Source: Oceanispirochaeta sp.
GTDB taxonomy: Bacteria > Spirochaetota > Spirochaetia > DSM-2461
Direction: 5' to 3'
DNA length: 64,000 bases
NCBI GenBank assembly: GCA_963666275.2
Contig: CAXXOA010000003.1
Span: 128,001-192,000 of the forward strand
Positions 10,105-20,678 of this stretch are shown piece by piece (positions within the stretch are counted from its first letter, which is position 1; the number at the start of each line of letters is the position of its first letter). A program made the translations under genes and the position numbers. Below the pieces are notes generated by a model. It was not told the origin of the DNA. It was given only the letters and a program-made list of their open reading frames with translations, and searched no databases.

Positions 10105-10983
10105 TTATCTTTTCGGGTTTTTTTCTGAGCGTCCTTTTCGATAGATATGAAATCCCGCAGAAAAGATCAGTATATATCCCGCAAGGCTGAACAGGTCAGG
10201 CAATTCGGAAAACAGGGCTATTCCCAGAATACTGGCAAATACAATTTGGGCGTACTGGTAAATTGAAACCTCCCCGGCAGGGGCGTATTTATAGGCAGCG
10301 GTCAGCATAAACTGTCCTCCCGCTGCGGCTGCACCGGTTGCAAGCAGATATGTCAGTTGAACCGGGGTTGGTATGACCGGTTGTATAAAAAAGAAGGGAA
10401 GGCAGGCAATGGTGGATATCAGGGAAAAGCAGAACACAATCGTAAAACTGCTCTCTTTGTTTCCCAGATAGCTAACCATTGTATAGGTCATCCCAGCCAG
10501 GACCGCACCGGTTATTCCGACAATAGCCGGAAAGGTCGAAGAGAAATGAAATCCCGGTTTAATGATCAAAGCCGATCCCGCCAGGGCCAGTATCAGTGAT
10601 GAGATCTGAAAGGGTTTTATGGGATTTTTTAAAAAGATCCTGGCAAATATTATCACAAAAAACGGACTCATTTTATTCAGCATTGAAGAATCGGCCAGGA
10701 TGAGGTGATCTATGCTGTAAAAAAATAACAGAATACCGATGGCTCCGGTTACGGCTCTCAGCAGCAGAAACGGGCGGTTTTCCCGTTTCCCCCATAGACT
10801 CTGCTTTTTGGATTTCAGGATAGTGAATGAAATGACAAGGCTGACGGCATTTCTGAAAAGGGCCTTTTCCATCGAGGGGATGTCTCCCGCCAGTTTGACA
10901 AAGGCGGTCATAATGGCAAAAAAGAGTGCTGATCCCAGCATCAGAAGTATGGCTTTGGTTTTATGGGATTCCTGGTAATTCAT
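10105..10983 (-). CDS. DMT/EamA family transporter
   Basis: About 10 TM helices with the EamA repeat pattern. Confidence 0.88.
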   Translation of the reverse strand: MNYQESHKTKAILLMLGSALFFAIMTAFVKLAGDIPSMEKALFRNAVSLVISFTILKSKKQSLWGKRENRPFLLLRAVTGAIGILLFFYSIDHLILADSSMLNKMSPFFVIIFARIFLKNPIKPFQISSLILALAGSALIIKPGFHFSSTFPAIVGITGAVLAGMTYTMVSYLGNKESSFTIVFCFSLISTIACLPFFFIQPVIPTPVQLTYLLATGAAAAGGQFMLTAAYKYAPAGEVSIYQYAQIVFASILGIALFSELPDLFSLAGYILIFSAGFHIYRKGRSEKNPKR

Positions 10984-11285
10984 AATTCTCCTTGCACTGG
11001 CCTGTTATTCTCTTCTTTCTCCCCTAATCATGCAAGATCCTGAAGGAATTATAGGGTGCAAAATAAAAAGGTTTATGTTGTGGATACTGCAATGATGGAT
11101 GGGTTCAGTAAGCCTCATCAGAGGGACTGGGAAAGCGTAATCAGAGCCGGGTTTTTATCGGAGATAAAATTACTCATTTCTCTCCCTTTGCCGTAAATGT
11201 CTCTTTCTGAGTTTTACTTTAAATGGTTAGTAATTTTGTAATAATAGCTTGTGAATCTGACACTTCTGATGCTATTCTTCAGGGG

Positions 11286-11615
11286 ATGAAACGGGCTCTC
11301 TTTCTTCTCCTATTAATACTCTCCTGGCAGGTATCTGCTTCAGGTCTCTCCGGTTCTGATTGTTCCGGCACCTTGACGATACAGGTCCGCAGGGCACACG
11401 GGGATGATCACTGTTCTTCCTGCTCCGTTTCATCCGCAATGGAGTCCTCGGATTTCCGCTATTTCAGCTATGAGAAACCTCTGACTCCACTGACCTTCGG
11501 CTCCCATTCCTATAAGAATACTTTCGGACCTGTACTACCGCTGGATTGGCGGCTCCTGAAGGATGGATTCCTCAGGGAAGCGCTCTATCTCCACCATTGT
11601 TCCCTTCTGATTTGA
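11286..11615 (+). CDS. Small exported hypothetical protein with HCSSC motif
   Basis: MKRALF signal peptide after AGGGG; lies directly upstream of the HMA/cupredoxin gene. Confidence 0.5.
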   Translation: MKRALFLLLLILSWQVSASGLSGSDCSGTLTIQVRRAHGDDHCSSCSVSSAMESSDFRYFSYEKPLTPLTFGSHSYKNTFGPVLPLDWRLLKDGFLREALYLHHCSLLI

Positions 11616-11664
11616 GTTTCAGGTTCTCTACAGCCCATAAGAACTCAATACCGGAAAGGAATCT

Positions 11665-13434
11665 ATGAAACAGAAAACAGAACAAACAAGCTATATAAAG
11701 ACCCTGGGCATGACCTGCGGGAACTGTGAAAAAAAAGTATCGGAGAATCTGAAAGAGCTGGCGGGAGTGATCTCTATCCAGGCCGATTTTGTCGGGGGCC
11801 ATGTCCGGATCCGCCATAATGGAGAGTTCTCTCCGGATGAGGCTCTCCGGAGGCTATCCCGGCTGGGATACGAAGGCCGTCAGGTCTCCCGGAAAAGGCT
11901 GGTCTTCGAAAAACTCCGCTTTTATATAATTTCCTCCGTCATTATTGGTTTAATGCTCTACATTAATCAGAAAACCGGCCTTCTGAACCGGATACCCCGA
12001 ATCCCTGAAGAGGCAACTTATATGCTCCTGCTGGTTCTGGGAATCATGACTTCGGTTCACTGCATAGGCATGTGCGGGGGAATCAACCTTTCCCAGACAG
12101 GATCCGCCCGGCTGGACGAACCGGGGAAAGCGGTTTTCCGCAGAGGATTGGCCTACAATGCGGGGAGGATCATTTCGTATACTCTTGTCGGGGCCCTGGC
12201 AGGAGCTTTGGGGTCTGTGTTCTCTCTGGCCCTATCTCTCCAGGCGGCGGTTATTTCAGTTGCGGGAGTCTTCATGGTGGCGGCGGGGTTCCATATGCTC
12301 GGGTTTCTGGGGGGGCTTCGCCGGATCTTTCCCGGAGGGGTCAGTTTGCCATTTTCCCGGTTTTTCAGGGGGAGAACCTTCAGGCATCCCCTGGCTGTTG
12401 GGATAGCCAACGGCCTGATGCCCTGCGGTCCCCTCCAGTCCATGCAGCTCTATGCCCTGTCTACGGGAAGCTTTTGGCAGGGTGCCCTTTCCATGTTTTT
12501 TTTCAGCGTCGGGACTGTTCCACTGATGCTGCTTTTCGGAAGTATCAGCGCTTTCTTTTCCCTGAAATCCCGCCGGATCGTCCATCGGACAAGCGGTCTT
12601 CTGGTTCTTCTGCTGGGAGCCGGTATGATTCTGAGAGGACTCTCCCTTCAGGGGGTGGGGCTGCCTGTGGACAGTGCCGGATCGGACGAAGTCAAAAGAG
12701 CCCTGGCTGTACTAGAAGGCTCTTCCCAGGTTGTGGAGTCCGCAGTGACTCCCTACGGATATGAACCCATAGTTGTTCAGAAAGGGATTCCTGTGGAGTG
12801 GCGCCTTTCTGCCGGTCCGGGGGATATCACCGGATGCAATAATGCCATTATTGTCAGGGAGTACGGGATTGAGCAGCCTCTTGATGATGGAATTACCACT
12901 GTAGAATTCCTCCCTGTGGAGGCGGGGACTTACCTTTTTTCCTGCTGGATGGGGATGATCTCTTCTCATATTGTGGTTGTGGACGATCTGTCTGCCTATG
13001 ATCCGGCAGCCCCGGTGGATCCTCCCGGAGCGTCTTCTACCCGGGAGGTCCGAGTGAAAATACCCGAATTTCAGGCAGAAGATATCGCCTATTCCCGGCA
13101 GGGGGAAGAGACCTATGAAGCAGAGCTTCTGATAGAGAACGGTGGCCTCTCTCCGGCTGTGATTGTCATGAAAAGGGGAGCGGAAACCAGATGGCATCTC
13201 AGCGCCTCAGATGTGGATTCCGAATCCCGCAGGATTGTCTTTCCTTCCTATAATGCGGTGGTGGATGTTCCTGAGGGGGAATCAACAGTATTAACTCTGG
13301 TGCCCGAAGAGGATTTTTATTTCTACAGCTCCGACGGAGAGTTTCTGGGATTTGTTGTTGCCGCTGATGATCCCGGGAGTTATTCAGAAAGGAAAGTGCT
13401 CAGAATCGTGAACTCCTACCTCACGTCTCCATAG
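11665..13434 (+). CDS. HMA domain + sulfite-exporter/DsbD_2 membrane domain + cupredoxin-like domains (heavy-metal handling)
   Basis: GMTCGNC, HCIGMCGG, GLMPCG, GCNN and FSCWMGM motifs. Confidence 0.88.
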   Translation: MKQKTEQTSYIKTLGMTCGNCEKKVSENLKELAGVISIQADFVGGHVRIRHNGEFSPDEALRRLSRLGYEGRQVSRKRLVFEKLRFYIISSVIIGLMLYINQKTGLLNRIPRIPEEATYMLLLVLGIMTSVHCIGMCGGINLSQTGSARLDEPGKAVFRRGLAYNAGRIISYTLVGALAGALGSVFSLALSLQAAVISVAGVFMVAAGFHMLGFLGGLRRIFPGGVSLPFSRFFRGRTFRHPLAVGIANGLMPCGPLQSMQLYALSTGSFWQGALSMFFFSVGTVPLMLLFGSISAFFSLKSRRIVHRTSGLLVLLLGAGMILRGLSLQGVGLPVDSAGSDEVKRALAVLEGSSQVVESAVTPYGYEPIVVQKGIPVEWRLSAGPGDITGCNNAIIVREYGIEQPLDDGITTVEFLPVEAGTYLFSCWMGMISSHIVVVDDLSAYDPAAPVDPPGASSTREVRVKIPEFQAEDIAYSRQGEETYEAELLIENGGLSPAVIVMKRGAETRWHLSASDVDSESRRIVFPSYNAVVDVPEGESTVLTLVPEEDFYFYSSDGEFLGFVVAADDPGSYSERKVLRIVNSYLTSP

Positions 13435-13527
13435 GAAAAGAGTCCGGGAGGGATAGAAAACCCCTCCGCCGGATTCATGAGGCAATTCTCACTTTTTCAG
13501 AATCTGCTGTGCCTTTCCGGGCTGGGT

Positions 13528-14304
13528 CTATTTTTTTTTCCTGCTGGCCCTGTTTCTGAAGACTCCCTGGAGTTTCTGAAAGTTCTGGCGGGTGCCTGTG
13601 GCAAGGGAGGTCGCTTTGTATTTGCTTATGATATTGACCGATTCCATTTCCCATATGCAGAAGTGAAGAGTGCCGTTTCTGGCAAAAATCGGGGTGCATG
13701 ATATCCCTGTTCCTTCGGGGCCGTTCCAGGGCAGTCTCTGTTTTTCCATATGACTGAGAACTTCCGCCAGGGGGATATCCTCTCTTATGTCGCTGATGGT
13801 CATAAGAGAGAGCTCCTCCTGCTCTTTTCCTATTTTTTCAACAAGCCTTTCACTGTAGGTGAAGACCCCTCCGGTCACATCCGTGACAACCACGGGAGAG
13901 TCCACATCTTCACAGAGCATCTTAATCAGGGTATTCAGGGCTGTTATCCTCTCCGATCTGAGATTGACGATCTCATTCTGCTCTGCCATGATCTTTTTCA
14001 GGGCTTCTCCCAGGCTTCCCATCTCTTTCAGTATCCTGACGGCCTGTATATTTGATAAATCCCCGATTCTGCCGATCCTTTCCAGATCTCCTATGAGTTT
14101 TCTCTGTCTGAAAAAGAGGGCTGCCATGATCCACCCCTGAAAAATGAGAATCACAATCCCCCAGAACAGAAGGTTCTCTCTGTCCATGCGGATAGGGGAG
14201 GCTTCTCCGGGGCTGAGCCTGTAGCCGGCAAATATGAGAAGTCCTGTGGAAACAAGTACAAGGAGGAGAGACAGGGCAAGCCTTTTCCGGGTAATCAGTA
14301 TCAT
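13528..14304 (-). CDS. Hypothetical membrane protein (2 TM, coiled coil, PAS-like region) coupled to ktrA
   Basis: ATGA overlap with the upstream gene; two N-terminal hydrophobic segments. Confidence 0.65.
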   Translation of the reverse strand: MILITRKRLALSLLLVLVSTGLLIFAGYRLSPGEASPIRMDRENLLFWGIVILIFQGWIMAALFFRQRKLIGDLERIGRIGDLSNIQAVRILKEMGSLGEALKKIMAEQNEIVNLRSERITALNTLIKMLCEDVDSPVVVTDVTGGVFTYSERLVEKIGKEQEELSLMTISDIREDIPLAEVLSHMEKQRLPWNGPEGTGISCTPIFARNGTLHFCIWEMESVNIISKYKATSLATGTRQNFQKLQGVFRNRASRKKK

Positions 14305-15002
14305 AGGGGCACCTCTCCGCTCTTCTGAAACTCTTCCAGAGCCTTCTCTTCTCCCACCAGGATAAGAACGTCTCCTGTGATCAGTACTTCTCCGGGAACC
14401 GGAAAGAGGAGTTCTTCGTCTCTTTTTGTATTTCCGTCCGCATCCAGAGCCGTACGGATCCTTCTCAGGGCTACCAGGCGGATCTTGAATTTTTCCTCCA
14501 GGTCCAGAGAGGCCACCGTTGATTTCTCATAGGCTCCGGGCAGATACATTTCCGAGAGGATGACCTTCCGGGAGAGGGGGATTTTCTCCATCACAGAGGG
14601 GGCAATGAGGTTCTGGGCGATCCGGCTTCCCTCTTCCTCCTCAATATTGATGACCTCGTTGGCGCCGATCTGTTTCAGCACCTGGTAGTGGGTTTTATTG
14701 ACAGCCCGGGCTATGATGTAGGGCACTCCCGTCTGTTTCAGAAGGGTGGTTGTGAGGATGCTGGCCTCTATATTGTCTCCGATGGCCACAATGGCCGCAT
14801 CCACCTGATCAAAGGGGGCTTCCGCTATGGAGTCCTCATCGGTCGAGTCCATAAGGATCGCCTGGGAGACATAGTCCTTCACCTTGTTGACCAGAGCCGG
14901 AGTATTGTCCAGGGCAATCACCTCACCCCCTTTTTCTGTCAGTACTTCGCAGACCTTCCTTCCGAAAAGTCCCAGTCCTATGACTGCAAATGTCTTGGCC
15001 AT
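14301..15002 (-). CDS. ktrA: K+ uptake RCK subunit KtrA/TrkA
   Basis: Start MAKTFAVIGLGLFG after AGGAG; Rossmann GxGxxG; RCK_C-like C-terminus. Confidence 0.9.
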   Translation of the reverse strand: MAKTFAVIGLGLFGRKVCEVLTEKGGEVIALDNTPALVNKVKDYVSQAILMDSTDEDSIAEAPFDQVDAAIVAIGDNIEASILTTTLLKQTGVPYIIARAVNKTHYQVLKQIGANEVINIEEEEGSRIAQNLIAPSVMEKIPLSRKVILSEMYLPGAYEKSTVASLDLEEKFKIRLVALRRIRTALDADGNTKRDEELLFPVPGEVLITGDVLILVGEEKALEEFQKSGEVPL

Positions 15003-15052
15003 TGTAAAACTCCTGTATGCATTTGTTCGATTCTCCTGTTTCTCCTGATCAA

Positions 15053-16789
15053 TTATCCTATTAAAAGAGTGGCTTCCGGATAGGAGATCGCCGAGCTTTT
15101 CTCCTTCCCCGACGAGGCTGTGAGCAGTGTCAGGGGGCCTATCCTTCCTATGAACATCAGGGCGGAAATCGCCAGTTTTCCGAACAGGGTCAGCTCTCCA
15201 GTTATGCCGGTGGAAAGGCCCACTGTGGCAAAGGCCGAAACCGCTTCGAAGAAGATCTGTACCGGTTCGGCCGCTTCGGTCAGAAAGAGCAGAAAGGTCA
15301 CTGTGAAAATGGACAGGACTCCGAAGAGGATGACTGTAAAGGCCTGGAGAACCTGTTCTTTCGGAACCTGATGGCGGTAGAGCAGGATCTCCTGGTCTCC
15401 TCTGCGGAATGAGCGGATATAGGCCCATGCGGCCCCCAGGGTATTGACCTTGATGCCCCCGGCGGTACTGCCCGAGGCGCCGCCAATAAACATGACGCCG
15501 ATCATCAGCATCAGGGTTCCGGCTCCGAGGGTTTCAAAGGGGATGGTATTGAATCCTGCGGTTCTGAGGGTCACCGACTGGAAGAAGGCCGAAAGGTACT
15601 GGTCCGGCAGGGTCAGGGAAAAGAGGTACCGTCCATGTTCCAGTTTGTAGATCAGAAGCATGGGGACGAGGAGTAGAATCCCTGTGACCTGGAGAACAAC
15701 CCGGGAATTGATGGTGAGTCTGGACCGTTTCTTTCTTAAAAGGTCGGCAATCACCCGGGAGATATCCGTGAGAACCGTAAAACTGATGCCCCCCGCGATG
15801 ATCAGCCCCGCAATGACCAGATTCAGGGGAAGGTTGCCCTGAAAGGAGACCAGGCTGTCTGAATAGAGAGCGAAGCCGGCATTGCAGAAGGCGGAAACCC
15901 CATGGAACAGAGAAAAGAAGGCCGCCTGGCCTATGCTCATGGAGGAGCCCAGGAAAACAGGGAACATCAGGACAGCCCCTGTGAGCTCTATGGAGAATGT
16001 CAGGAAAATGATCCTTTTGACGCTGCTCACAATGCTCTTCATATCCGAAGCATTGAGCATATAACTCAGGAGCTGTCTGTCCTTGAGGCTGACCGAGCGG
16101 CGAAAGGCGAACATCATGAAATACGAGAGCAGCATGATTCCCAGACCGCCGATCTGAATCATCACCATGATGGTTATCTGTCCCGCCAGGGTGAACCGGG
16201 AGGCCGTATCCACAACGATCAGCCCTGTAACACAGACCGCCGATGTAATGGTAAAGAAGGCATCCACAGGTTTAAGGGGAGCCCCCCGGCTCATCATGGG
16301 CATCATCAGCAGGAGGGTTCCCACCATGATGACAATGATAAAGCTCAGCACCACCGTCTGGGCGGGATGGGAGAAAATGGAATTCAGGTATCCCGTCAGC
16401 TTTCTTATCCGGCCGTATACTTTCAGAACCAAAAGGATATTCCTTACAATCATCAGAAAGAAATAGCCCTTGATTGTATTGTTCTCCGGAAAGATTCCGG
16501 GAAGCCTGTTGATCATGAACAGGGTCAGATAGACAAGTAAGAACACAAGGGCGGGGATGTGGTTCTTCAGATAGACCCGTTTACGGGGAGCCCTGAGAAA
16601 ACCGGAGAGTCCTTCTCCCAGAAGAACAAGGACCAGAGTGTAGTCGATGACTTGTATTATCCACCGGTAATTTCCCAGTCTGACCGACTGCTGTTCCAGG
16701 TAGAGTCCTAGGATTCCCAGGAACAGGAGGAACAGTAACGCTGCTTTTTTCACACAAGGGAGTATCTTACGGGAACGGGAAAAAATCAA
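15053..16789 (-). CDS. ktrB: K+ uptake membrane subunit KtrB/TrkH with N-terminal 4-TM extension
   Basis: Four pore motifs SAVCVTGL, SAFCNAGF, RTAGFN and SAFATVGLS, plus GSTAGGIKV. Confidence 0.92.
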   Translation of the reverse strand: MIFSRSRKILPCVKKAALLFLLFLGILGLYLEQQSVRLGNYRWIIQVIDYTLVLVLLGEGLSGFLRAPRKRVYLKNHIPALVFLLVYLTLFMINRLPGIFPENNTIKGYFFLMIVRNILLVLKVYGRIRKLTGYLNSIFSHPAQTVVLSFIIVIMVGTLLLMMPMMSRGAPLKPVDAFFTITSAVCVTGLIVVDTASRFTLAGQITIMVMIQIGGLGIMLLSYFMMFAFRRSVSLKDRQLLSYMLNASDMKSIVSSVKRIIFLTFSIELTGAVLMFPVFLGSSMSIGQAAFFSLFHGVSAFCNAGFALYSDSLVSFQGNLPLNLVIAGLIIAGGISFTVLTDISRVIADLLRKKRSRLTINSRVVLQVTGILLLVPMLLIYKLEHGRYLFSLTLPDQYLSAFFQSVTLRTAGFNTIPFETLGAGTLMLMIGVMFIGGASGSTAGGIKVNTLGAAWAYIRSFRRGDQEILLYRHQVPKEQVLQAFTVILFGVLSIFTVTFLLFLTEAAEPVQIFFEAVSAFATVGLSTGITGELTLFGKLAISALMFIGRIGPLTLLTASSGKEKSSAISYPEATLLIG

Positions 16790-16937
16790 ATCAAATATTG
16801 AAAGCCCTTTGTTGCGGATCCGTCAACATATGATGTTAATAAAGGCTAACTAAATTCTGTTGACCAAATATGACTAAATAAGTAATGTATGGGAGCAGAA
16901 AAACGGATGATCCATCCGTAAGGCAAAGGTGGTTTTT

Positions 16938-19163
16938 ATGAAACAATGGGACAATTTTATCAGTGGGTCATGGATGTTCAAAATCGATGTCCGCGACTTT
17001 ATACAGAGAAACTATACACCCTATGAAGGAGACGATTCCTTCCTGACGGGACCGACAGACAGAACCCTGATGCTCTGGGATAAAGTGAAAGATCTTATGG
17101 AGCAGGAGAGGGCCAGAGGGATCCTCGATGCGGAAACGGAAAAGCCCTCTACGGTGATCTCTCACGGGGCGGGCTACATAGACCGGGAGCTGGAGCAGAT
17201 TGTAGGGCTTCAGACCGACAAACCTCTCAAAAGGGGTATCATGCCCAAAGGGGGGCTGCGGGTGGTGGAATCCGCCCTGGAGTCCTATGGCTACAACCTT
17301 TCTGAGGAGGTGAAAGAGGTTTTCGGAAAGCACAGGAAAACCCATAACGACGGCGTTTTCAGCGCCTATACGGAAGATATGCGGAAGGCCCGGAAGTCGG
17401 GAATCCTCACAGGCCTGCCCGATGCCTACGGACGGGGGCGGATCATAGGAGATTACCGCCGGGTGGCCCTTTACGGGGTAGACCGTCTTATTGAAGACAA
17501 GAAATCCCAGAAGGAGCTTTTTGATACACCCTGTATCACCGAAGAGAGTATCCGCGGACGGGAGGAGATCTCCGAGCAGATTAAAAGTCTGGGAGAACTC
17601 AAAGAGATGGCCTCCTTTTACGGTCTGGATATTTCAGGCCCCGCCGGTACGGCGAGAGAAGCGGTTCAGTGGACCTATCTGGCCTATCTGGCGGCAATCA
17701 AGGAGCAGGACGGGGCGGCCATGTCACTGGGACGGGTGTCTTCTTTTCTGGATATCTATATTCAGAGGGATCTGGAAGAGGGGACTCTGACGGAACAGGA
17801 GGCCCAGGAATTGACCGATCACTTTGTTATGAAACTGAGGATGGTCCGTTTTCTGAGAACCCCCGGCTATAACGAACTCTTTTCGGGAGATCCCACCTGG
17901 GTTACCGAGGTCCTCGGGGGAATGGGAGTAGACGGCCGGACTCTGGTAACAAAGAACACCTTCCGCTTTCTCCATACCCTGGAAAATCTGGGGCCTGCTC
18001 CCGAGCCGAACCTGACAGTCCTGTGGACACCCCGGCTTCCCGAGGGATTCAAGGACTACTGCTGCCGGCTTTCCATTGAAACTTCGGCGATCCAGTACGA
18101 AAACGACTGCCTCATGCGGACCTGGTTCGGTGATGACTATGCCATAGCCTGCTGTGTCTCCGCCATGAAGGTGGGCAAGCAGATGCAGTTTTTCGGTGCC
18201 CGGGCCAATCTTGCCAAAGCACTTCTGTATGCCATCAACGGGGGCCGGGATGAAAAGTCGGGTCTTCAGGTGACACCGGCCTTCAAGCCCGTGGAAGGGG
18301 ACTATCTGGATTATGATGAGGTGAAAGAGCGGTTTGATGTGATCCAGGACTGGCTGGCCGCCCTCTATATCAAGACCCTCAATGTTATCCACTTTATGCA
18401 TGACAAATACAATTACGAGTCCCTCCAGATGGCTCTTCATGACAGGGATATCCACAGGACCATGGCCTGCGGGATTGCGGGACTTTCTGTAGCGGCAGAC
18501 TCTCTCTCGGCCATAAAGTACAGCCGGGTGAAGGTCATACGGAACGAAGAGGGCCTGGCGGTAGACTATGAAGTGGAAGGGGAGTACCCGGCCTTCGGCA
18601 ATAACGATGACAGGGTGGATCAGATTGCCGTAGATCTGGTGGAAGGCTTTATGGGACGTCTGAAAAAACAGAACACCTACAGAAATGCCGAACCCACCCA
18701 GTCTATCCTGACCATCACAAGCAACGTGGTCTATGGAAAGAAAACAGGATCCACTCCGGACGGAAGGAAGGCGGGGCTGCCCTTCGGTCCCGGAGCCAAT
18801 CCCATTCACGGACGGGACACCCACGGGGCTCTGGCCTCTTTCGCCTCTGTAGCGAAGCTTCCCTACGAACACGCCATCGACGGGATCTCCTATACCTTTT
18901 CCATCGTGCCCAAGGCCCTGGGCCGGAGCGGAGAGGAACAGAGGAAGAATCTCTGCTCCCTCATGGACGGCTATTTCCTGGAGGGGGGCCACCATGTGAA
19001 CATCAATGTTCTCAACAGGGAAACCCTTCTGGATGCGATGGATCATCCGGAAAAGTATCCCCAGCTGACCATCCGGGTTTCCGGCTATGCGGTGAATTTC
19101 ATCAAGCTGACCCGGGAGCAGCAGGAGGATGTTATCAACAGGACATTCCATTCGATTATCTAG
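16938..19163 (+). CDS. pflB: Pyruvate formate-lyase
   Basis: IACCVS active-site cysteines and TIRVSGYAV glycyl-radical motif. Confidence 0.97.
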   Translation: MKQWDNFISGSWMFKIDVRDFIQRNYTPYEGDDSFLTGPTDRTLMLWDKVKDLMEQERARGILDAETEKPSTVISHGAGYIDRELEQIVGLQTDKPLKRGIMPKGGLRVVESALESYGYNLSEEVKEVFGKHRKTHNDGVFSAYTEDMRKARKSGILTGLPDAYGRGRIIGDYRRVALYGVDRLIEDKKSQKELFDTPCITEESIRGREEISEQIKSLGELKEMASFYGLDISGPAGTAREAVQWTYLAYLAAIKEQDGAAMSLGRVSSFLDIYIQRDLEEGTLTEQEAQELTDHFVMKLRMVRFLRTPGYNELFSGDPTWVTEVLGGMGVDGRTLVTKNTFRFLHTLENLGPAPEPNLTVLWTPRLPEGFKDYCCRLSIETSAIQYENDCLMRTWFGDDYAIACCVSAMKVGKQMQFFGARANLAKALLYAINGGRDEKSGLQVTPAFKPVEGDYLDYDEVKERFDVIQDWLAALYIKTLNVIHFMHDKYNYESLQMALHDRDIHRTMACGIAGLSVAADSLSAIKYSRVKVIRNEEGLAVDYEVEGEYPAFGNNDDRVDQIAVDLVEGFMGRLKKQNTYRNAEPTQSILTITSNVVYGKKTGSTPDGRKAGLPFGPGANPIHGRDTHGALASFASVAKLPYEHAIDGISYTFSIVPKALGRSGEEQRKNLCSLMDGYFLEGGHHVNINVLNRETLLDAMDHPEKYPQLTIRVSGYAVNFIKLTREQQEDVINRTFHSII

Positions 19164-19174
19164 GGGGGACACTC

Positions 19175-19906
19175 ATGGCTGAACCGGTAAAAGGGCGTAT
19201 TCACTCCTACGAGACCTGCGGCATGGTGGACGGGCCGGGACTGAGGTTTGTCCTCTTTCTCCAGGGATGCCCCCTGCGCTGCCTGTACTGTCACAATCCC
19301 GACAGCTGGTCCGCCCGGGGAGGCCGGGAGATGAACTCTCAGGAGGTGGTGAATGAAGTCCTGAAGTACAGATCCTGGATGGAGGCTTCCGGAGGAGGGC
19401 TGACCCTGAGCGGAGGGGAAGCCCTTTTTCAGCCCGACTTTGCCCGGGATATCCTGATCCGCTGCGCCCGGAAAGGGATCCACACGGTTCTGGATACGGC
19501 GGGATACGGCAAACTGGAGAGGATCGCTCCCGTGCTGGATGCGGCGGATCTGGTGATTCTGGATATCAAGTCTGTAAACGAAGAGGTCCATAAAAAAGTC
19601 ACCGGCGTGTCCGGCGCAGTGCCTCTGGAAACCCTGAATTACCTTCAGGAGACTGGTAAACCTTTATGGATACGGCATGTGGTGGTTCCGGGACTGACCG
19701 ATGACAGACGGGATCTTGCCGCCCTGAAAGGGATGCTTCTGGGGTTGAAAAATCTGGAAAGGGTGGAACTTCTGCCCTTCCATAAGATGGGGGAGGAGAA
19801 GTGGCTCCCCGGCCGGTATACCCTGGAGAACACGCCCATACCCGAAGCGGATTTTATGAAGGCCCTCTGCAGCGAGTTCCGGGAAGCAGGGCTCCCGGCG
19901 GCCTGA
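19175..19906 (+). CDS. pflA: PFL-activating enzyme (radical SAM)
   Basis: VDGPGLR and CPLRCLYCHNPD; adjacent to pflB. Confidence 0.95.
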   Translation: MAEPVKGRIHSYETCGMVDGPGLRFVLFLQGCPLRCLYCHNPDSWSARGGREMNSQEVVNEVLKYRSWMEASGGGLTLSGGEALFQPDFARDILIRCARKGIHTVLDTAGYGKLERIAPVLDAADLVILDIKSVNEEVHKKVTGVSGAVPLETLNYLQETGKPLWIRHVVVPGLTDDRRDLAALKGMLLGLKNLERVELLPFHKMGEEKWLPGRYTLENTPIPEADFMKALCSEFREAGLPAA

Positions 19907-19967
19907 TTTGACAGGCATCCTCCTTTATGGCCTATAATCAGTCCCTATACCTAACAAGGAGGCAGCC

Positions 19968-20477
19968 ATGCCTGTTATTGAAAAACCTGTAGACTTCAGA
20001 GACATAGAAATCCTCAAAGAAGCAGCCGCGGAAGGCCGGAAAGCCAGAGAGAAGGGGAACCACCCTTTCGGAGCGGTTCTGACAGACAGAGAGGGAACCA
20101 TTATTCTCCGGGCGCAGAATACGGTGACTACCGAACACAACGACTGCGGTCATGCCGAAACGAATCTGATGATGGCCGCTTCAAAGGCCTACTCCCGGGA
20201 GTTCCTTTCAAGTTGCACCCTCTATACCTCAGTGGAACCCTGCGCCATGTGTGCCGGGGCGGCCTACTGGGCCAATGTGGGGCGGATTGTCTATGCCCTG
20301 TCGGAGCATCAGCTTCTGGAAATGACAGGTGACGATCCTGAGAATCTGACCTTCGATCTTCCCTGCCGGGACGTTATTGCCAGAGGCCAGAAAAACATTG
20401 CCGTCTCCGGTCCCTGCGACGATCCTGATCTGATTTCCCTGATTGCGGGAGACCACAGGGGATTCTGGAATTCCTGA
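19968..20477 (+). CDS. Nucleoside/guanine deaminase (CDA fold)
   Basis: HAE and EPCAMC zinc motifs. Confidence 0.9.
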   Translation: MPVIEKPVDFRDIEILKEAAAEGRKAREKGNHPFGAVLTDREGTIILRAQNTVTTEHNDCGHAETNLMMAASKAYSREFLSSCTLYTSVEPCAMCAGAAYWANVGRIVYALSEHQLLEMTGDDPENLTFDLPCRDVIARGQKNIAVSGPCDDPDLISLIAGDHRGFWNS

Positions 20478-20678
20478 ATTAATGGATAAATAATTTCTGA
20501 CTAAAAAACTACAAATTTGTTGGTTTGCAAAAAAAACAGGCTCTGAAACACTTATTTTCAGGGGTTTCAGAATTTCATGTCTTTATGTATATAGACTTTA
20601 TTGTTTGACTGATCAGATAATCAAAGAAAATTAACAACAAAAAATTGTTGGAAAAAAACTCTTGAAAGGACGTAAAGA

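Noticed and set aside
15003..15428. Long N-terminal extension of KtrA in the ORF track
   Set aside because: It overlaps ktrB in another frame; an RBS-preceded ATG at 15002 gives a normal-length KtrA
16861..16881. TGACCAAATA/TGACTAAATA tandem repeat upstream of pflB as a known operator
   Set aside because: It overlaps a plausible -35 box but does not match FNR, Rex or CtsR consensus well enough to call
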